NCBI GenBank assembly: GCA_964394855.1
Contig: CAYMZD010000002.1
Span: 60,575 to 124,574, forward strand
Source: an uncultured Gammaproteobacteria bacterium
GTDB lineage: Bacteria; Patescibacteriota; Microgenomatia; Daviesbacterales; UBA10151
Reading direction: 5' to 3'
Length of the DNA stretch: 64,000 nt
Position 1 is the first letter of the stretch; each line of letters opens with the position of its first letter. The notes beneath the pieces are model-generated. The model was not told the DNA's origin. It made no database searches and was given only the letters and a program-made list of their open reading frames with translations. The position numbers and the translations under genes are program-made. Shown piece by piece: positions 19,054 through 28,735 of this stretch.

Positions 19054-19358
19054 TGGGCTTTAAAGAACAAGTCATTCAAATAATTAAAAAAATCCCTTAT
19101 GGAAAAGTGACCACCTATGGTACAGTGGCCACATTGGCTGGGCTTCCCAGAGGAGGAAGATTAGTTGGCAGTATTTTACATACAACTAGCGAAAAGCTAA
19201 ATCTTCCCTGGCAGCGGATTATTAATCGTCATGGATTTATTTCCACTAAATGTTTAGAACACCCCAAGGCCTTACAAAAAGTATTACTGCAAAAAGAAGA
19301 TGTGGAAGTAAGTCCAGATTTCATGGTAGACTTGAAAAAGTATGGATGGTGGGGTTAG
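19053..19358 (+). CDS. Alkyltransferase-like (ATL) DNA damage-binding protein
   Basis: IPYGKVTTYG; PWQR in place of catalytic PCHR. Confidence 0.88.
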   Translation: MGFKEQVIQIIKKIPYGKVTTYGTVATLAGLPRGGRLVGSILHTTSEKLNLPWQRIINRHGFISTKCLEHPKALQKVLLQKEDVEVSPDFMVDLKKYGWWG

Positions 19359-20028
19359 GAAAAATATATGGATTATTGCCAATTGGAAATCCAATGAAAC
19401 TCTAGCAGAAGCTTTGGATTGGGTATCTAAAGTTGGACCAAAAATTGAAAGAAGACCAAATTTAAAGGTGGTAGTTTGCCCAACCTATACTGCCATTGAG
19501 GAAGTTAAAAAAGCAGTGATGGTGGGGAGTTACCCTTTAATGGTGGGGGCCCAAGATTTATCCGCCTTTAATGAGGGAGCTTACACTGGCGAAGAAGCAG
19601 CTGCCATTTTAAAACAGTTTGTGGATTTAAGTTTAATTGGTCATTCGGAGCGGCGGCAAAATTTTGGGGAGACAGATGAAATAATAGCCAAAAAAGTCAT
19701 TCAAGCCAAAGAACACGATATTATTCCTCTGGTTTGTGTTCAAGGAAAAGATACGCCGGTTCCCGAGGGGGTAAGATTAATAGCCTATGAACCCATTTTT
19801 GCTATCGGCACCGGTCACCCTGACACTCCTCAAAATGCTAATGAGTTGGCGTTAAGTTTTAAAAAGAAGTATGGTCAGGAGGTGGAAATTTTATATGGAG
19901 GTAGTGTGACTTCGGAAAATGTCAAGGCATTTGTAGGGCAGCAAAATATCAATGGAGCTTTGGTGGGTGGGTCTTCACTTGATCCAGAAGAATTTATTAA
20001 GATGGTGGAAGTTTGTTTATTAGTTTAA
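19342..20028 (+). CDS. tpiA: Triosephosphate isomerase
   Basis: ANWK, GAYTGE, IGHSERR, AYEPIFAIGTG, YGGSV and LVGGSSL. Confidence 0.95.
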   Translation: MDGGVRKNIWIIANWKSNETLAEALDWVSKVGPKIERRPNLKVVVCPTYTAIEEVKKAVMVGSYPLMVGAQDLSAFNEGAYTGEEAAAILKQFVDLSLIGHSERRQNFGETDEIIAKKVIQAKEHDIIPLVCVQGKDTPVPEGVRLIAYEPIFAIGTGHPDTPQNANELALSFKKKYGQEVEILYGGSVTSENVKAFVGQQNINGALVGGSSLDPEEFIKMVEVCLLV

Positions 20029-20032
20029 TAAG

Positions 20033-21220
20033 ATGAGGTACGTCAATATCCCTAAGTATTCTGATAGTTCTAATCGTAAAAGAAGTAACAGAATTTTAAA
20101 AAAATATAAACCCATTTTATTTTTGACTGCTTTGGTGGTAGCAATTGCTTTGGCAATGGCCATTTTTTCCGGCACAGAATCAGTTTTTCGCTTTGTTTTT
20201 CCAAGTTTGACACCGCTTGAAAATACTGATGGAAAAGTTAATGTACTTTTATTGGGTAACCCTGGAGGAGTGCATGATGGGGCATATCTGACAGATACCA
20301 TCATGGTGGCCTCATATAATTTAAAAAGTAGTCAAGTTTATTTTATCTCGCTGCCACGAGATTTATGGCTTGATAGCTACAAAGCTAAACTCAATGCTAT
20401 TTATGAGATAGGTTTGGCCAGAAAAGAAAGCTTAAAATTTGTCAAATCAGTAGTCGGTGATATCTTGGGTTTACCTATTCACTATGTCATCAGAGTTGAT
20501 TTTCGGGGTTTCGTCAAAGCTATTGATGAAGTGGGTGGTTTAGATATTTTAGTTGATCGTTCATTTAGTGACTCTTTATACCCTATTGAGGGTAAAGAAA
20601 ATGATTTGTGTGATTTAGAAGAAAAAGAAGTTGAGATTACAGATGAGCTGGCAGAAAAATATCAGCTAAAGATGGGAAAACAAAAAGTATTTATGGATTT
20701 TACGGGTAAGATTGCCACCCAGTCGGCAGATTTTCCCTGCCGCTTCGAACGTATTAGTTTTAGTGGTGGGCTGCAGCACATGAGCGGGGAAGTGGCCTTA
20801 AAATATGTTCGTTCTAGAATGGGCAGCAATGGGGAGGGTTCTGATTTTGCCAGATCCAAGCGTCAGCAAAAAGTACTGGAAGCTTTTCGCAAAAAGGCCT
20901 TATCTTTGGAAACCTTAGCTAGTCCCACCAAACTTAAATCTTTAATTGATACTTTGGGAATAAGTTTTGAAACTGATATACCAATAGATGATATGATTGA
21001 ACTTTATCGCTTAAGCAAAAAAAATCATCAGGTGGCTAATTTAGTCTTGGGGAATCTGCCATTTTTGATAAATCCACCAGCCCAAGATTATGGAGGAGCT
21101 TTTGTGGTAGTACCCAAAGACGGTAACTTTAATGAATTACACACATTCATCAAAAAAGTTATCAATGGGGAGGTGAGTTTAGATGAAGCTACTGCTTCTG
21201 CACGGACTGGCAATCGCTAG
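20033..21220 (+). CDS. LytR-CpsA-Psr (LCP) family protein
   Basis: TM, LTDTIMV, SLPRDL and YVRSR..SDFARSKRQQ. Confidence 0.92.
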   Translation: MRYVNIPKYSDSSNRKRSNRILKKYKPILFLTALVVAIALAMAIFSGTESVFRFVFPSLTPLENTDGKVNVLLLGNPGGVHDGAYLTDTIMVASYNLKSSQVYFISLPRDLWLDSYKAKLNAIYEIGLARKESLKFVKSVVGDILGLPIHYVIRVDFRGFVKAIDEVGGLDILVDRSFSDSLYPIEGKENDLCDLEEKEVEITDELAEKYQLKMGKQKVFMDFTGKIATQSADFPCRFERISFSGGLQHMSGEVALKYVRSRMGSNGEGSDFARSKRQQKVLEAFRKKALSLETLASPTKLKSLIDTLGISFETDIPIDDMIELYRLSKKNHQVANLVLGNLPFLINPPAQDYGGAFVVVPKDGNFNELHTFIKKVINGEVSLDEATASARTGNR

Positions 21221-21821
21221 CTCTAGAAAAAAATTAACTGACATTAAACAAAGCTTTACACCAGATAATGTGGTGACTTTCGAAAAAGGAGCAGAGCAGC
21301 AAGAGGTCTTGGCTAACTTACAATCTCTGTCTCTTTTTGCAGGTGAGAGGTTGGTTGTTTGGGAAAACCCCCCTGAAAGTTTTCAGTTAGCAGTCTTTTA
21401 TTCACAACTCCCCGTTACTTTAGCCCTATGGTTTGATCATGAGGTAGATACTAAAAATTGGAAAGATGCACAAACGTTATTTTTTCCAGAGGCAAAAGAA
21501 ATCTCTGTTTTTCCATTTTTAGACCACCTCGGTAATAAAGAAAGTAGCGCTTTTTCGGAACTGGATAAGTTAAAAAGAGGAGGCTTTGATAGTCAGTATA
21601 TTATTACTATGATTTTCTATCTTCTTAGGAATTTAGTAGCTACTCCCAAAAGTGCCAAAGCTTTTGTCAAAAGCAAAAATGAGAGGATGAAAGCCAATTT
21701 TTCTTTGGAGGAGTTAGTCAAATTGTACAGATCAGTTCTAGATTTAGATTTTAAAGTAAAAAGCGGCCTTTTGGATGAAACGCAAGCACAGTTTTTATTG
21801 GTTAATCTCTTTCTGTATTAA
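21183..21821 (+). CDS. holA: DNA polymerase III delta subunit, shortened HolA-like
   Basis: SLSLFAGERLVVWE and LDLDFKVKSG; close to rpsT. Confidence 0.7.
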   Translation: MKLLLLHGLAIASSRKKLTDIKQSFTPDNVVTFEKGAEQQEVLANLQSLSLFAGERLVVWENPPESFQLAVFYSQLPVTLALWFDHEVDTKNWKDAQTLFFPEAKEISVFPFLDHLGNKESSAFSELDKLKRGGFDSQYIITMIFYLLRNLVATPKSAKAFVKSKNERMKANFSLEELVKLYRSVLDLDFKVKSGLLDETQAQFLLVNLFLY

Positions 21822-22709
21822 ATCTAAATCCTTTTTATCAACTTTTTCATCATCATTTAAATCAGCCCCTTTTTCTTTTGGGTTGGTGCCCATATTTTTT
21901 AAAACAATAGCATAATCGGAAGAGTTGATTAAACCATCTTTATTGAGATCAAATTTAGAATAAGCCGCAGGGGAAGCTTCATTTAATGTCAAGTTCAAAT
22001 CTTGGCCCATTTTTAATAAGATAAGAGGTTTATTCAGTTGTGATAACTTGAAAATGGCTCTAGCCACTCGTCCGTCTGGGCTGATAACTTCCAACTTGGC
22101 TTCTGTATCAGCTGGTGGATTTAATACCGCTGTCAGATCAGCTGTTCTAAGTTGACTAAGAGGAATGATAAAGGAACCAAGATCGGTGATAACTGCAGAC
22201 TGGATGGTAGCGTTAGGAATGGATAAATAGACCAGACCATCATGCAAGGGTTTATCTCCATCAATGACTGATCCAATGGTTGGTCCAAGGCCATTTTGGT
22301 TACTACTCAAAGGAGCGGTGGAAAATTGTCTGGAAGGAGTGACAAAATTACCAGAATGAATTTTTAGAAGATATGAAGATGCAGGCAGTAACCCCTTGAG
22401 GGTAATGTAATGATTTCTTCTTTTAATGGTCTGGGTTTCATCTCTGTCATCTAATTTGGTTTTTTCATTAGCAGTTCTTTGTCCATAAGTAATAAAACCA
22501 ATCACCGGAGTTTGGGTTTGCCATGATAAGGTGACAGTCTCACCTTCGATATTACTGATAACTACATTCTGTGGTGAAATATCAGGAGAAGCTGTGGTGA
22601 TTAAGGTTTGATTTTGTAGAACTAAATAGACACCACTGCCAATGCCAAAAATCAGTAAAGCTAGTCCTAAAAGAGTTGGGATTTTAAACTTATTTAAAAT
22701 ATTACTCAT
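21795..22709 (-). CDS. Membrane-anchored FN3-like protein with C-terminal dockerin-like repeats
   Basis: VTLSWQT..ITYG, HYITLKGL; DLNKDGLINSSD and DLNDDEKVDKKD. Confidence 0.75.
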   Translation of the reverse strand: MSNILNKFKIPTLLGLALLIFGIGSGVYLVLQNQTLITTASPDISPQNVVISNIEGETVTLSWQTQTPVIGFITYGQRTANEKTKLDDRDETQTIKRRNHYITLKGLLPASSYLLKIHSGNFVTPSRQFSTAPLSSNQNGLGPTIGSVIDGDKPLHDGLVYLSIPNATIQSAVITDLGSFIIPLSQLRTADLTAVLNPPADTEAKLEVISPDGRVARAIFKLSQLNKPLILLKMGQDLNLTLNEASPAAYSKFDLNKDGLINSSDYAIVLKNMGTNPKEKGADLNDDEKVDKKDLDLIQKEINQ

Positions 22710-22873
22710 TAAATTCCTTCTAAATCAAAATTAGGATTGAGTGGTTCTATTAACTCCTGTGTTTTGGGTGGGATAGTGACCTTGGCTCTGGCATGAAGAA
22801 TATCAAATATCACCCAAGCGAGGACGGTAATTAAGGTGGCTATAGCAATAATTAAAAATTCTTTTCTACCCAT
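22709..22873 (-). CDS. 54-aa single-TM protein at the PilP position, absent from the ORF track
   Basis: Hand translation MGRKEFLIIAIATLITVLAWVIFDILHARAKVTIPPKTQELIEPLNPNFDLEGI*; fills the gap and its TAA overlaps the next ATG. Confidence 0.75.
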   Translation of the reverse strand: MGRKEFLIIAIATLITVLAWVIFDILHARAKVTIPPKTQELIEPLNPNFDLEGI

Positions 22874-22876
22874 AAT

Positions 22877-23482
22877 TTACTTCAAGTAGTAAGCCTTTCC
22901 GGAAATTGACAATAATAAATTGCTCCCTCCTTCTATTTTGCTAAAAATTAAATTATCAACGGTAATCAGTCTTTGACTTGTTTTAATATATTCTAAAACT
23001 TTTAGCAAGTTTTCATATGAACCCTCCAAATTATAAGTAAAGGGTACTTCTGTCAGCCGCTTTGAGAAAGATGTTGAGTTTGGTTCGATGGTGATTTGTT
23101 GGAACTGTAATGCTGATATTGAGGCTTGGAGCCCTGAAGGTAAATTTTCCAAGGATTTAGTTAAAGCCGCCAGCTCTGGATTATTAGGGACTGCATCTTG
23201 GATACTGGCTTTAATATTGGGGTCTAGGCTTTGATAGTTTTTTCTGGCTTTTGTCAAATCTTCACTTTTTTGAGTAATTTGATTAAGAATTACTTCTTGG
23301 TTAGCTAATTCTTTTTGTAAAACAAGAATGGTTTCTATGGTAGGTTTAATGGCAAAAATGGTAAAAATGATGATGGCGGCAATTGTCAGGATTATTCCTC
23401 CATATGTTTTAATAAGTGGGGTTTTTAAGACAGGCTCAATATAGGTAAAATATCTAGATGTTCTGGTTGATCTGGCAATCAT
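22877..23482 (-). CDS. Type IV pilus PilO-like protein
   Basis: TM, coiled coil, then EGSYENLLKVLEYI..SQRLITVD. Confidence 0.8.
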   Translation of the reverse strand: MIARSTRTSRYFTYIEPVLKTPLIKTYGGIILTIAAIIIFTIFAIKPTIETILVLQKELANQEVILNQITQKSEDLTKARKNYQSLDPNIKASIQDAVPNNPELAALTKSLENLPSGLQASISALQFQQITIEPNSTSFSKRLTEVPFTYNLEGSYENLLKVLEYIKTSQRLITVDNLIFSKIEGGSNLLLSISGKAYYLK

Positions 23483-24063
23483 AATTTTTTTTCTCCTATT
23501 GTCTCTACGTTAACTGATGCCTGGATGGAGAAATTAATTAACCCCTGATCCAAACTGACGCTAGTCAAATTCGTATCAGCAAAGGTTTTATCCTGTCTAA
23601 GTCCCAAAACAAAGCTGGACAGCTCACTGTTATTTAAAGATGTCCCGGTTATCTTGAGATTAACCTTTCCCACCTGTCTTTCAATATTTAAATTGTTAAC
23701 AGTGACGCCATTGGGTGTTTGTTGAGCAATTTTTTTTATCACCTCAACATAAGCAGGAGACTTTTGTCTTAAATCTTTGATGGTGACCAATTGAAATTGG
23801 GTTTGTCTAATTAAGTTTTCATCTGATTTTAAACTTTCCACAAAAGGAACTTGTTCCTCTATGGCCTCCTTGGTGGTAGCGATGTCAGCATCTAACTTAA
23901 ATCTTAATAAAAACGCCGCCAGTACTATAGCCTCTACTAAGATGATTAAATATCGACCGGCAGAAAGTAGCCAGCGAAAAATATTTAGCAGTAGTTTTTG
24001 AGGCTCACCTTGGGGATGGAGGATATTAAGATAAATTAGGCTTTTTAACCTAAGTTTAGGCAT
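23479..24063 (-). CDS. Type IV pilus PilN-like protein
   Basis: LNIL, TM, coiled coil, TPNGVTV..LKITGTS..FVLGL. Confidence 0.8.
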   Translation of the reverse strand: MPKLRLKSLIYLNILHPQGEPQKLLLNIFRWLLSAGRYLIILVEAIVLAAFLLRFKLDADIATTKEAIEEQVPFVESLKSDENLIRQTQFQLVTIKDLRQKSPAYVEVIKKIAQQTPNGVTVNNLNIERQVGKVNLKITGTSLNNSELSSFVLGLRQDKTFADTNLTSVSLDQGLINFSIQASVNVETIGEKKL

Positions 24064-24075
24064 GAATACATTGTA

Positions 24076-24333
24076 CTACTTTTTAGAGGTTTTTCTAACT
24101 ACTTTTGGTAGTCTTGATAATGTTGATTTTAATCGCGCGGACTTATTTTTATGAATTAGATGAGTTTTGGCCGCTTTATCAAGTGCAGAAAAAACTGCCT
24201 TGAGATTAAGGTCATTTTTTTCTATCCTGGCTTTTTTAATCAAGGATTTTAAGTTACTTTCCTGTTGCTTGTGGCGCCGGGTTCTAGTGCGGTCTTTTCT
24301 TAATTTTTTAATGGCTGATTTGATGAGTGGCAT
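24076..24333 (-). CDS. rpsT: 30S ribosomal protein S20
   Basis: MPLIKSAIKKLR and DKAAK..IHKNKSARLKS. Confidence 0.95.
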   Translation of the reverse strand: MPLIKSAIKKLRKDRTRTRRHKQQESNLKSLIKKARIEKNDLNLKAVFSALDKAAKTHLIHKNKSARLKSTLSRLPKVVRKTSKK

Positions 24334-24359
24334 ATGGGCAGTATGGTAACATATATGAA

Positions 24360-26006
24360 GTGGTTAAATCAATCCTTTCTCTTTTAACTGTCAGGCAAAC
24401 TTCAATTTTATCTGGTGCTATTATTATTATGGCCACAGTGGTAATTTCCAAAATTTTGGGACTTTTACGTGATAGATTATTAGTGCACAATTTTACTCCT
24501 GACACTGTGGCTATTTTTTTTGCCGCCTTCCGTCTACCTGATTTAATTTTCCAGCTGTTAATTTTTGGAGCATTGTCAGTAGCTTTTATTCCTGTTTTTA
24601 CAGAGTACTTAGAAGGAAAAGGAAAAAATGAGGCTTTTCAGCTGGCCGGCTCAATCTTAAATTTAGCTCTCTTAATCTTAATTATAGTCACGGCAGTGAT
24701 GTTTCTGCTGGTTGAGCCCTTAACTTCTTTGATAGTTCCCGGTTTTAACCCACAGCAACAAGGGCAAGTAGCCCAGTTAACCAGGATAATTTTACTGGGT
24801 CAGATTGTCTTGACTATTGGCTCTTTTTTTATCGGTATTTTACAATCATTTCAAAGATTTATCATCCCGGCTTTAGCAGGAATTTTTTATAATTTGGGAA
24901 TTATTTTGGGGATAGTATTTTTGGGAAAACCTTTGGGAATTTTAGGTCCAGCCGTAGGAGTTATTATTGGGGCTGGTTTACACGGCCTAATTCAGCTGCC
25001 TTTGGTTTTATCGCTGGGTTTTAAGATTAGTTTTTCTAGGTTGTTACATCCAGGAGTAAAAGACTTAGTTCAACTGATGAGTATGAGAACAATTGGTTTG
25101 GCAGCAGAACAGGTCAATGAAACTGTAGGTTTAATTTTAGCTTCCCTAATTTCTACGGCCTCTGTGACATATCTCACCTTTGCCCAGCATTTGCAAATTG
25201 TGCCGGTTGGTCTTTTCGGGGCAACTATTGCTCAAGCCGCCCTGCCGGTTTTGTCAACAGAGAGGGCTAGAGGTCGGGTGGAAGAGTTTAAATCTACTCT
25301 TTTAACCACGATTCATCAAATTCTTTTTTTAAGTTTGCCAGCTGCCGCCATTTTAATAGTGCTTCGTATTCCTGCAGTCAGACTTATTTTTGGAGCCTCA
25401 CAGTTTGATTGGCCTTCAACTGTTTTAACAGGTAAAACCTTAGCTTTTTTATCCATTGGTCTGGCAACTCAAGCAGTCTCGCTGCTTTTAGTCAGAGGGT
25501 TTTATGCCCTCAAGGATACCCGGACTCCGGTTTTGGTATCCTTGGTGGTAGTGGCAGTGGATATTTTTTTGAGCTTTTATTTTATTAGAGTGCTAAATTT
25601 AGAGGTGTGGGGTTTGGGACTCGCTTTTTCCATTTCTAGTATTTTATCTGGGTTGTTGCTTTTTTTAACTCTTCATTTTAAAGTGGGTGGATTTAAGATG
25701 AGTTCTGTTTTATCACCCTTTTTAAAAATGTTAATGGCCACAATGATTATGGGAGTGGCTTTATATGTGCCCATCAAACTTTTGGATCAAGTAATTTTTG
25801 ATACCACCAGAACTGTTAATTTACTAATTTTAACAAGCTTAGCTTTCATTTTTGCTCTGTCTGTTTATGTAGTTTTGGTCTGGTTTATGAGAGTAAAAGA
25901 ACTGGCAACTTTTATTAATTTGTTAAAACATGTATTTGGAAAGGTGCGAGCAGTTGGTTCTCAAGTCAAAACAGAAGAAATTATCCACGAAACAGAAACA
26001 CTTTAG
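24360..26006 (+). CDS. murJ: Lipid II flippase MurJ
   Basis: SKILGLLRD, AFRLPD, AFIPVF and FYALKDTRTP; GTG 24360 removes the overlap with rpsT. Confidence 0.93.
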   Translation: MVKSILSLLTVRQTSILSGAIIIMATVVISKILGLLRDRLLVHNFTPDTVAIFFAAFRLPDLIFQLLIFGALSVAFIPVFTEYLEGKGKNEAFQLAGSILNLALLILIIVTAVMFLLVEPLTSLIVPGFNPQQQGQVAQLTRIILLGQIVLTIGSFFIGILQSFQRFIIPALAGIFYNLGIILGIVFLGKPLGILGPAVGVIIGAGLHGLIQLPLVLSLGFKISFSRLLHPGVKDLVQLMSMRTIGLAAEQVNETVGLILASLISTASVTYLTFAQHLQIVPVGLFGATIAQAALPVLSTERARGRVEEFKSTLLTTIHQILFLSLPAAAILIVLRIPAVRLIFGASQFDWPSTVLTGKTLAFLSIGLATQAVSLLLVRGFYALKDTRTPVLVSLVVVAVDIFLSFYFIRVLNLEVWGLGLAFSISSILSGLLLFLTLHFKVGGFKMSSVLSPFLKMLMATMIMGVALYVPIKLLDQVIFDTTRTVNLLILTSLAFIFALSVYVVLVWFMRVKELATFINLLKHVFGKVRAVGSQVKTEEIIHETETL

Positions 26007-26593
26007 CCTTCAAAAAAATACTTAGCTCTCTGGGCTTTTTTAAAAATATGGGTAAATAAGGAGTGTGCGAAGTGGCTTGATTTAGTATAGTAACTTTTAT
26101 TTTCTTTAATCATCTTGCCAGTTATTTTATATTCACTCCAGGTTTTTCCTTTAGCTAAATAAACTTGAATCATGGGGTGAATTTTATCTAAGGCTTGAAC
26201 AAAGACAGCCTCTGAACTTTTTCTCTCCTCATATTCCTGCCACAGCTGATGCATCTCTTGCTCTAAATTTTTAGGCAGCATTTTAAATAGCTTTTTAGCA
26301 GCCATATCCTCTCTTTTCTTCTTATCTTTCCTAGCCTCTTCATCATATGCAAAAGTATCACCTGCATAAATTTCGACTAAATCATGCATCAAGGCCATTT
26401 TGATAACTTTTATTAAATTAATCTTCTTGTCAAATTGCTCTGCAAATAGCCATACCATCATCGCTAGATGCCAGGAGTGCTGTGCATCATCCTCCATTAA
26501 GTCGCCTTTTTGCATATGAATAATTCTGGTGACAAATTTAAACTGATCAATTTCTTCTATAAACTTGAGGATTTTTTTAGCATCTGGGGACAT
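26003..26593 (-). CDS. HD-domain hydrolase (HDDC2/YfbR-like nucleotidase)
   Basis: EDDAQHSWH, MHDLVEIYAGD and ALDK. Confidence 0.88.
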   Translation of the reverse strand: MSPDAKKILKFIEEIDQFKFVTRIIHMQKGDLMEDDAQHSWHLAMMVWLFAEQFDKKINLIKVIKMALMHDLVEIYAGDTFAYDEEARKDKKKREDMAAKKLFKMLPKNLEQEMHQLWQEYEERKSSEAVFVQALDKIHPMIQVYLAKGKTWSEYKITGKMIKENKSYYTKSSHFAHSLFTHIFKKAQRAKYFFEG

Positions 26594-26599
26594 GCAAGA

Positions 26600-26642
26600 A
26601 TAATAACCTAAGATTGTGAGTAGGTCAACATTAGGTTACAAT
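26600..26642. promoter_or_regulatory. Interdigitated divergent promoters for the HD gene and lepA
   Basis: Minus: TTGACC-17-TATTAT-6-ATG. Plus: TTGTGA-17-TACAAT-7-ATG. Confidence 0.7.
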
Positions 26643-26649
26643 ACCTTAC

Positions 26650-28401
26650 ATGAATATTCGAAATTTTTCCATCATTGCTCATGTTGATCATGGGAAGTCC
26701 ACGTTGTGTGATCGGTTTTTGGAAATTTGTCATGCTGTGGAACCTAGCAAGATGAAACCCCAGCTGTTAGATTCACTGGCCCTGGAGCGCGAGCGCGGTA
26801 TTACTATTAAGTTAGCTCCCGTTCGTTTGCGGCACATTCTGAATTCTGAATTCTACATTCTCAATTTAATTGATACTCCCGGGCATGTAGATTTTTCCTA
26901 TGAGGTCTCTCGCAGCTTAGCTGCAGTTGAGGGAGCCATACTTTTAGTGGATGCCACTGCCGGAGTGCAAGCTCAAACCTTATCTCATGGTCTGGCAGCG
27001 CTGGATCAAGGGCTAATTTTAATTCCGGTGATTAACAAAATAGATTTACCCAATGCGGATATTGAAAGCGTTAAAAAACAATTAATAGATACCTTTGGAT
27101 TTAAAGATATGGAGATAATGCTCGCTTCCGGGAAAACAGGACAGGGAGTTGAAGAAATATTGCAGGCAGTGATAGAACGTATTCCTTCCCCGAAATCTTC
27201 GGGTGAATACCTAAGGACTTTAATTTTTGACTCATTTTTTGATTCATTTAAGGGGGTTATTGCAGAGGTGAGAGTGGTTGATGGCGAGGTGCCTAAAGTG
27301 GGGTCAAAAATAAAATTTCTGGGAACAGGTATAGAAGGGCAGATTTTGGAAATGGGAGTTTTCACTCCGGAAATGAAGCCGGTAGAAAAATTAGTAGCCG
27401 GGGAAATTGGTTATATTGCCACGGGGATAAAAACTCCTGATTTGGTTAGAGTGGGAGATACTATTTCCACAGATTTAGACGTTTCCCCTTTGCAAGGTTA
27501 TAGAGAAGTTAAGCCCATGGTATATGTTGGGCTTTATCCGATTGATCAGGATGATTTTTTTAATTTAAAAGAAGCGCTGTCCAAATTTAGATTAAATGAT
27601 CCGGCATTTAGTTTTGAAGTTGAGAAATCCCAAGCTTTGGGGTCGGGTTTTCGGTGCGGGTTTTTAGGGTTACTCCACGGCGAAGTGGTGCAAGAAAGAT
27701 TAAGAGGGGAATTTGGAGTTGATTTAATTGCCACGGCGCCGTCGGTTGAATATCTAATGGATGGAAAAGTGATTGATAATCCGGCTGATTTTGATCCAAC
27801 TGCCAAGACAGTCAAAGAACCCTGGGTTAATTTAAAAGCATTTTCCCCTCAAAATTTTATTGGTCAGGTAATGGAGCTTGTGCAGGATAAAAGGGGAAAA
27901 CTGCAGGATATGCAATATTTTGCTTCACAAGTGGAGCTAAAATTTGAAATGCCACTTTCAGAGATGATTACTGATTTTTATGATAAGCTGAAGAGTGTTT
28001 CTTCCGGTTTTGCATCTTTGGACTGGGAATTTTTGGAATTTAGAGAAGTGGAGGCGGTCAGGGTGGATATTTTAGTGGGAGGGGAAAAGGTTGATGCTCT
28101 ATCCACGATTGTTTTTAAACCAAAAGCAGAATCCGCCGGCCGGCGGATGGTGGAGAAATTAAAAGAGGTGCTGCCGCGGCAAAATTTTGAAGTGGCTATT
28201 CAGGCCACAATCGGTTCCACGATTGTGGCAAGAGAAACTCTGGGGGCATACAGGAAAGATGTCACAGCTAAATTATATGGAGGGGATAGAACCAGAAAGG
28301 ATAAATTGCTGGAAAAACAAAAAAAGGGCAAGAAAAAAATGAAAATGATAGGCAAAGTGGAAATCCCCCAAGAGGCATTTTTGAGTATTTTAAAAAGTTG
28401 A
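26650..28401 (+). CDS. lepA: Elongation factor 4 (LepA)
   Basis: IRNFSIIAHVDHGKST, RERGITIK, GFRCGFLGLLH and KDVTAKLYGGD. Confidence 0.98.
   Translation: MNIRNFSIIAHVDHGKSTLCDRFLEICHAVEPSKMKPQLLDSLALERERGITIKLAPVRLRHILNSEFYILNLIDTPGHVDFSYEVSRSLAAVEGAILLVDATAGVQAQTLSHGLAALDQGLILIPVINKIDLPNADIESVKKQLIDTFGFKDMEIMLASGKTGQGVEEILQAVIERIPSPKSSGEYLRTLIFDSFFDSFKGVIAEVRVVDGEVPKVGSKIKFLGTGIEGQILEMGVFTPEMKPVEKLVAGEIGYIATGIKTPDLVRVGDTISTDLDVSPLQGYREVKPMVYVGLYPIDQDDFFNLKEALSKFRLNDPAFSFEVEKSQALGSGFRCGFLGLLHGEVVQERLRGEFGVDLIATAPSVEYLMDGKVIDNPADFDPTAKTVKEPWVNLKAFSPQNFIGQVMELVQDKRGKLQDMQYFASQVELKFEMPLSEMITDFYDKLKSVSSGFASLDWEFLEFREVEAVRVDILVGGEKVDALSTIVFKPKAESAGRRMVEKLKEVLPRQNFEVAIQATIGSTIVARETLGAYRKDVTAKLYGGDRTRKDKLLEKQKKGKKKMKMIGKVEIPQEAFLSILKS
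26835..26862 (+). repeat. Heptamer tandem repeat (AATTCTG-type, 4 units) inside lepA
   Basis: cattctg aattctg aattcta cattctc, encoding ILNSEFYIL. Confidence 0.7.
28357..28399 (+). repeat. attL-like 43-bp direct repeat (lepA 3' end)
   Basis: GTGGAAATCCCCCAAGAGGCATTTTTGAGTATTTTAAAAAGTT, identical to 29159-29201. Confidence 0.95.
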
Positions 28402-28451
28402 CCCATTCGATTGCACTCAGGGTCAATACTGAATGGAATTGAAGTATTGAC
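28398..28451. repeat. Inverted pair of TTCGA..CTCA hairpins
   Basis: TTGACCC-A-TTCGA-TTGCA-CTCA-GGGTCAA followed by an inverted degenerate copy GTCAATACT...AGTATTGAC. Confidence 0.65.
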
Positions 28452-28474
28452 AAAAGTAATGTATAGTGTATAAT
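28447..28474 (+). promoter_or_regulatory. Consensus sigma70 promoter of the TA operon
   Basis: TTGACA-16-TATAAT-6-ATG 28481. Confidence 0.8.
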
Positions 28475-28480
28475 GTATAT

Positions 28481-28735
28481 ATGATCAGGAAACAATTTTA
28501 TGTGACTCCGGAAATAGACAGAGCGCTACTTATTTTAGCTAGAAAAGAAGGTAAATCTGTAGCAGAAGTTCATAGAGAAATTCTTAAAAAGGGACTCCGA
28601 ACCAAAAGTATTAAAGCTAATCCCGCAAGCGTTTTATTTAAAATAACCGGAATCGCCAAAAAAGGACCCAAGGATTTATCCGCTAATCTATTTGACTATC
28701 TTTATGGAGATAAATCCCCTAATTATGGCAAGTAA
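28481..28735 (+). CDS. Ribbon-helix-helix (CopG-like) antitoxin
   Basis: MIRKQFYV..LARKEGKSVAEVHREIL and KDLSANLFDYLY; overlaps the PIN gene. Confidence 0.82.
   Translation: MIRKQFYVTPEIDRALLILARKEGKSVAEVHREILKKGLRTKSIKANPASVLFKITGIAKKGPKDLSANLFDYLYGDKSPNYGK

Noticed and set aside
24327-24359. Apparent head-to-head overlap of murJ and rpsT
   Set aside because: An artefact of the longest-ORF start; GTG 24360 fits better
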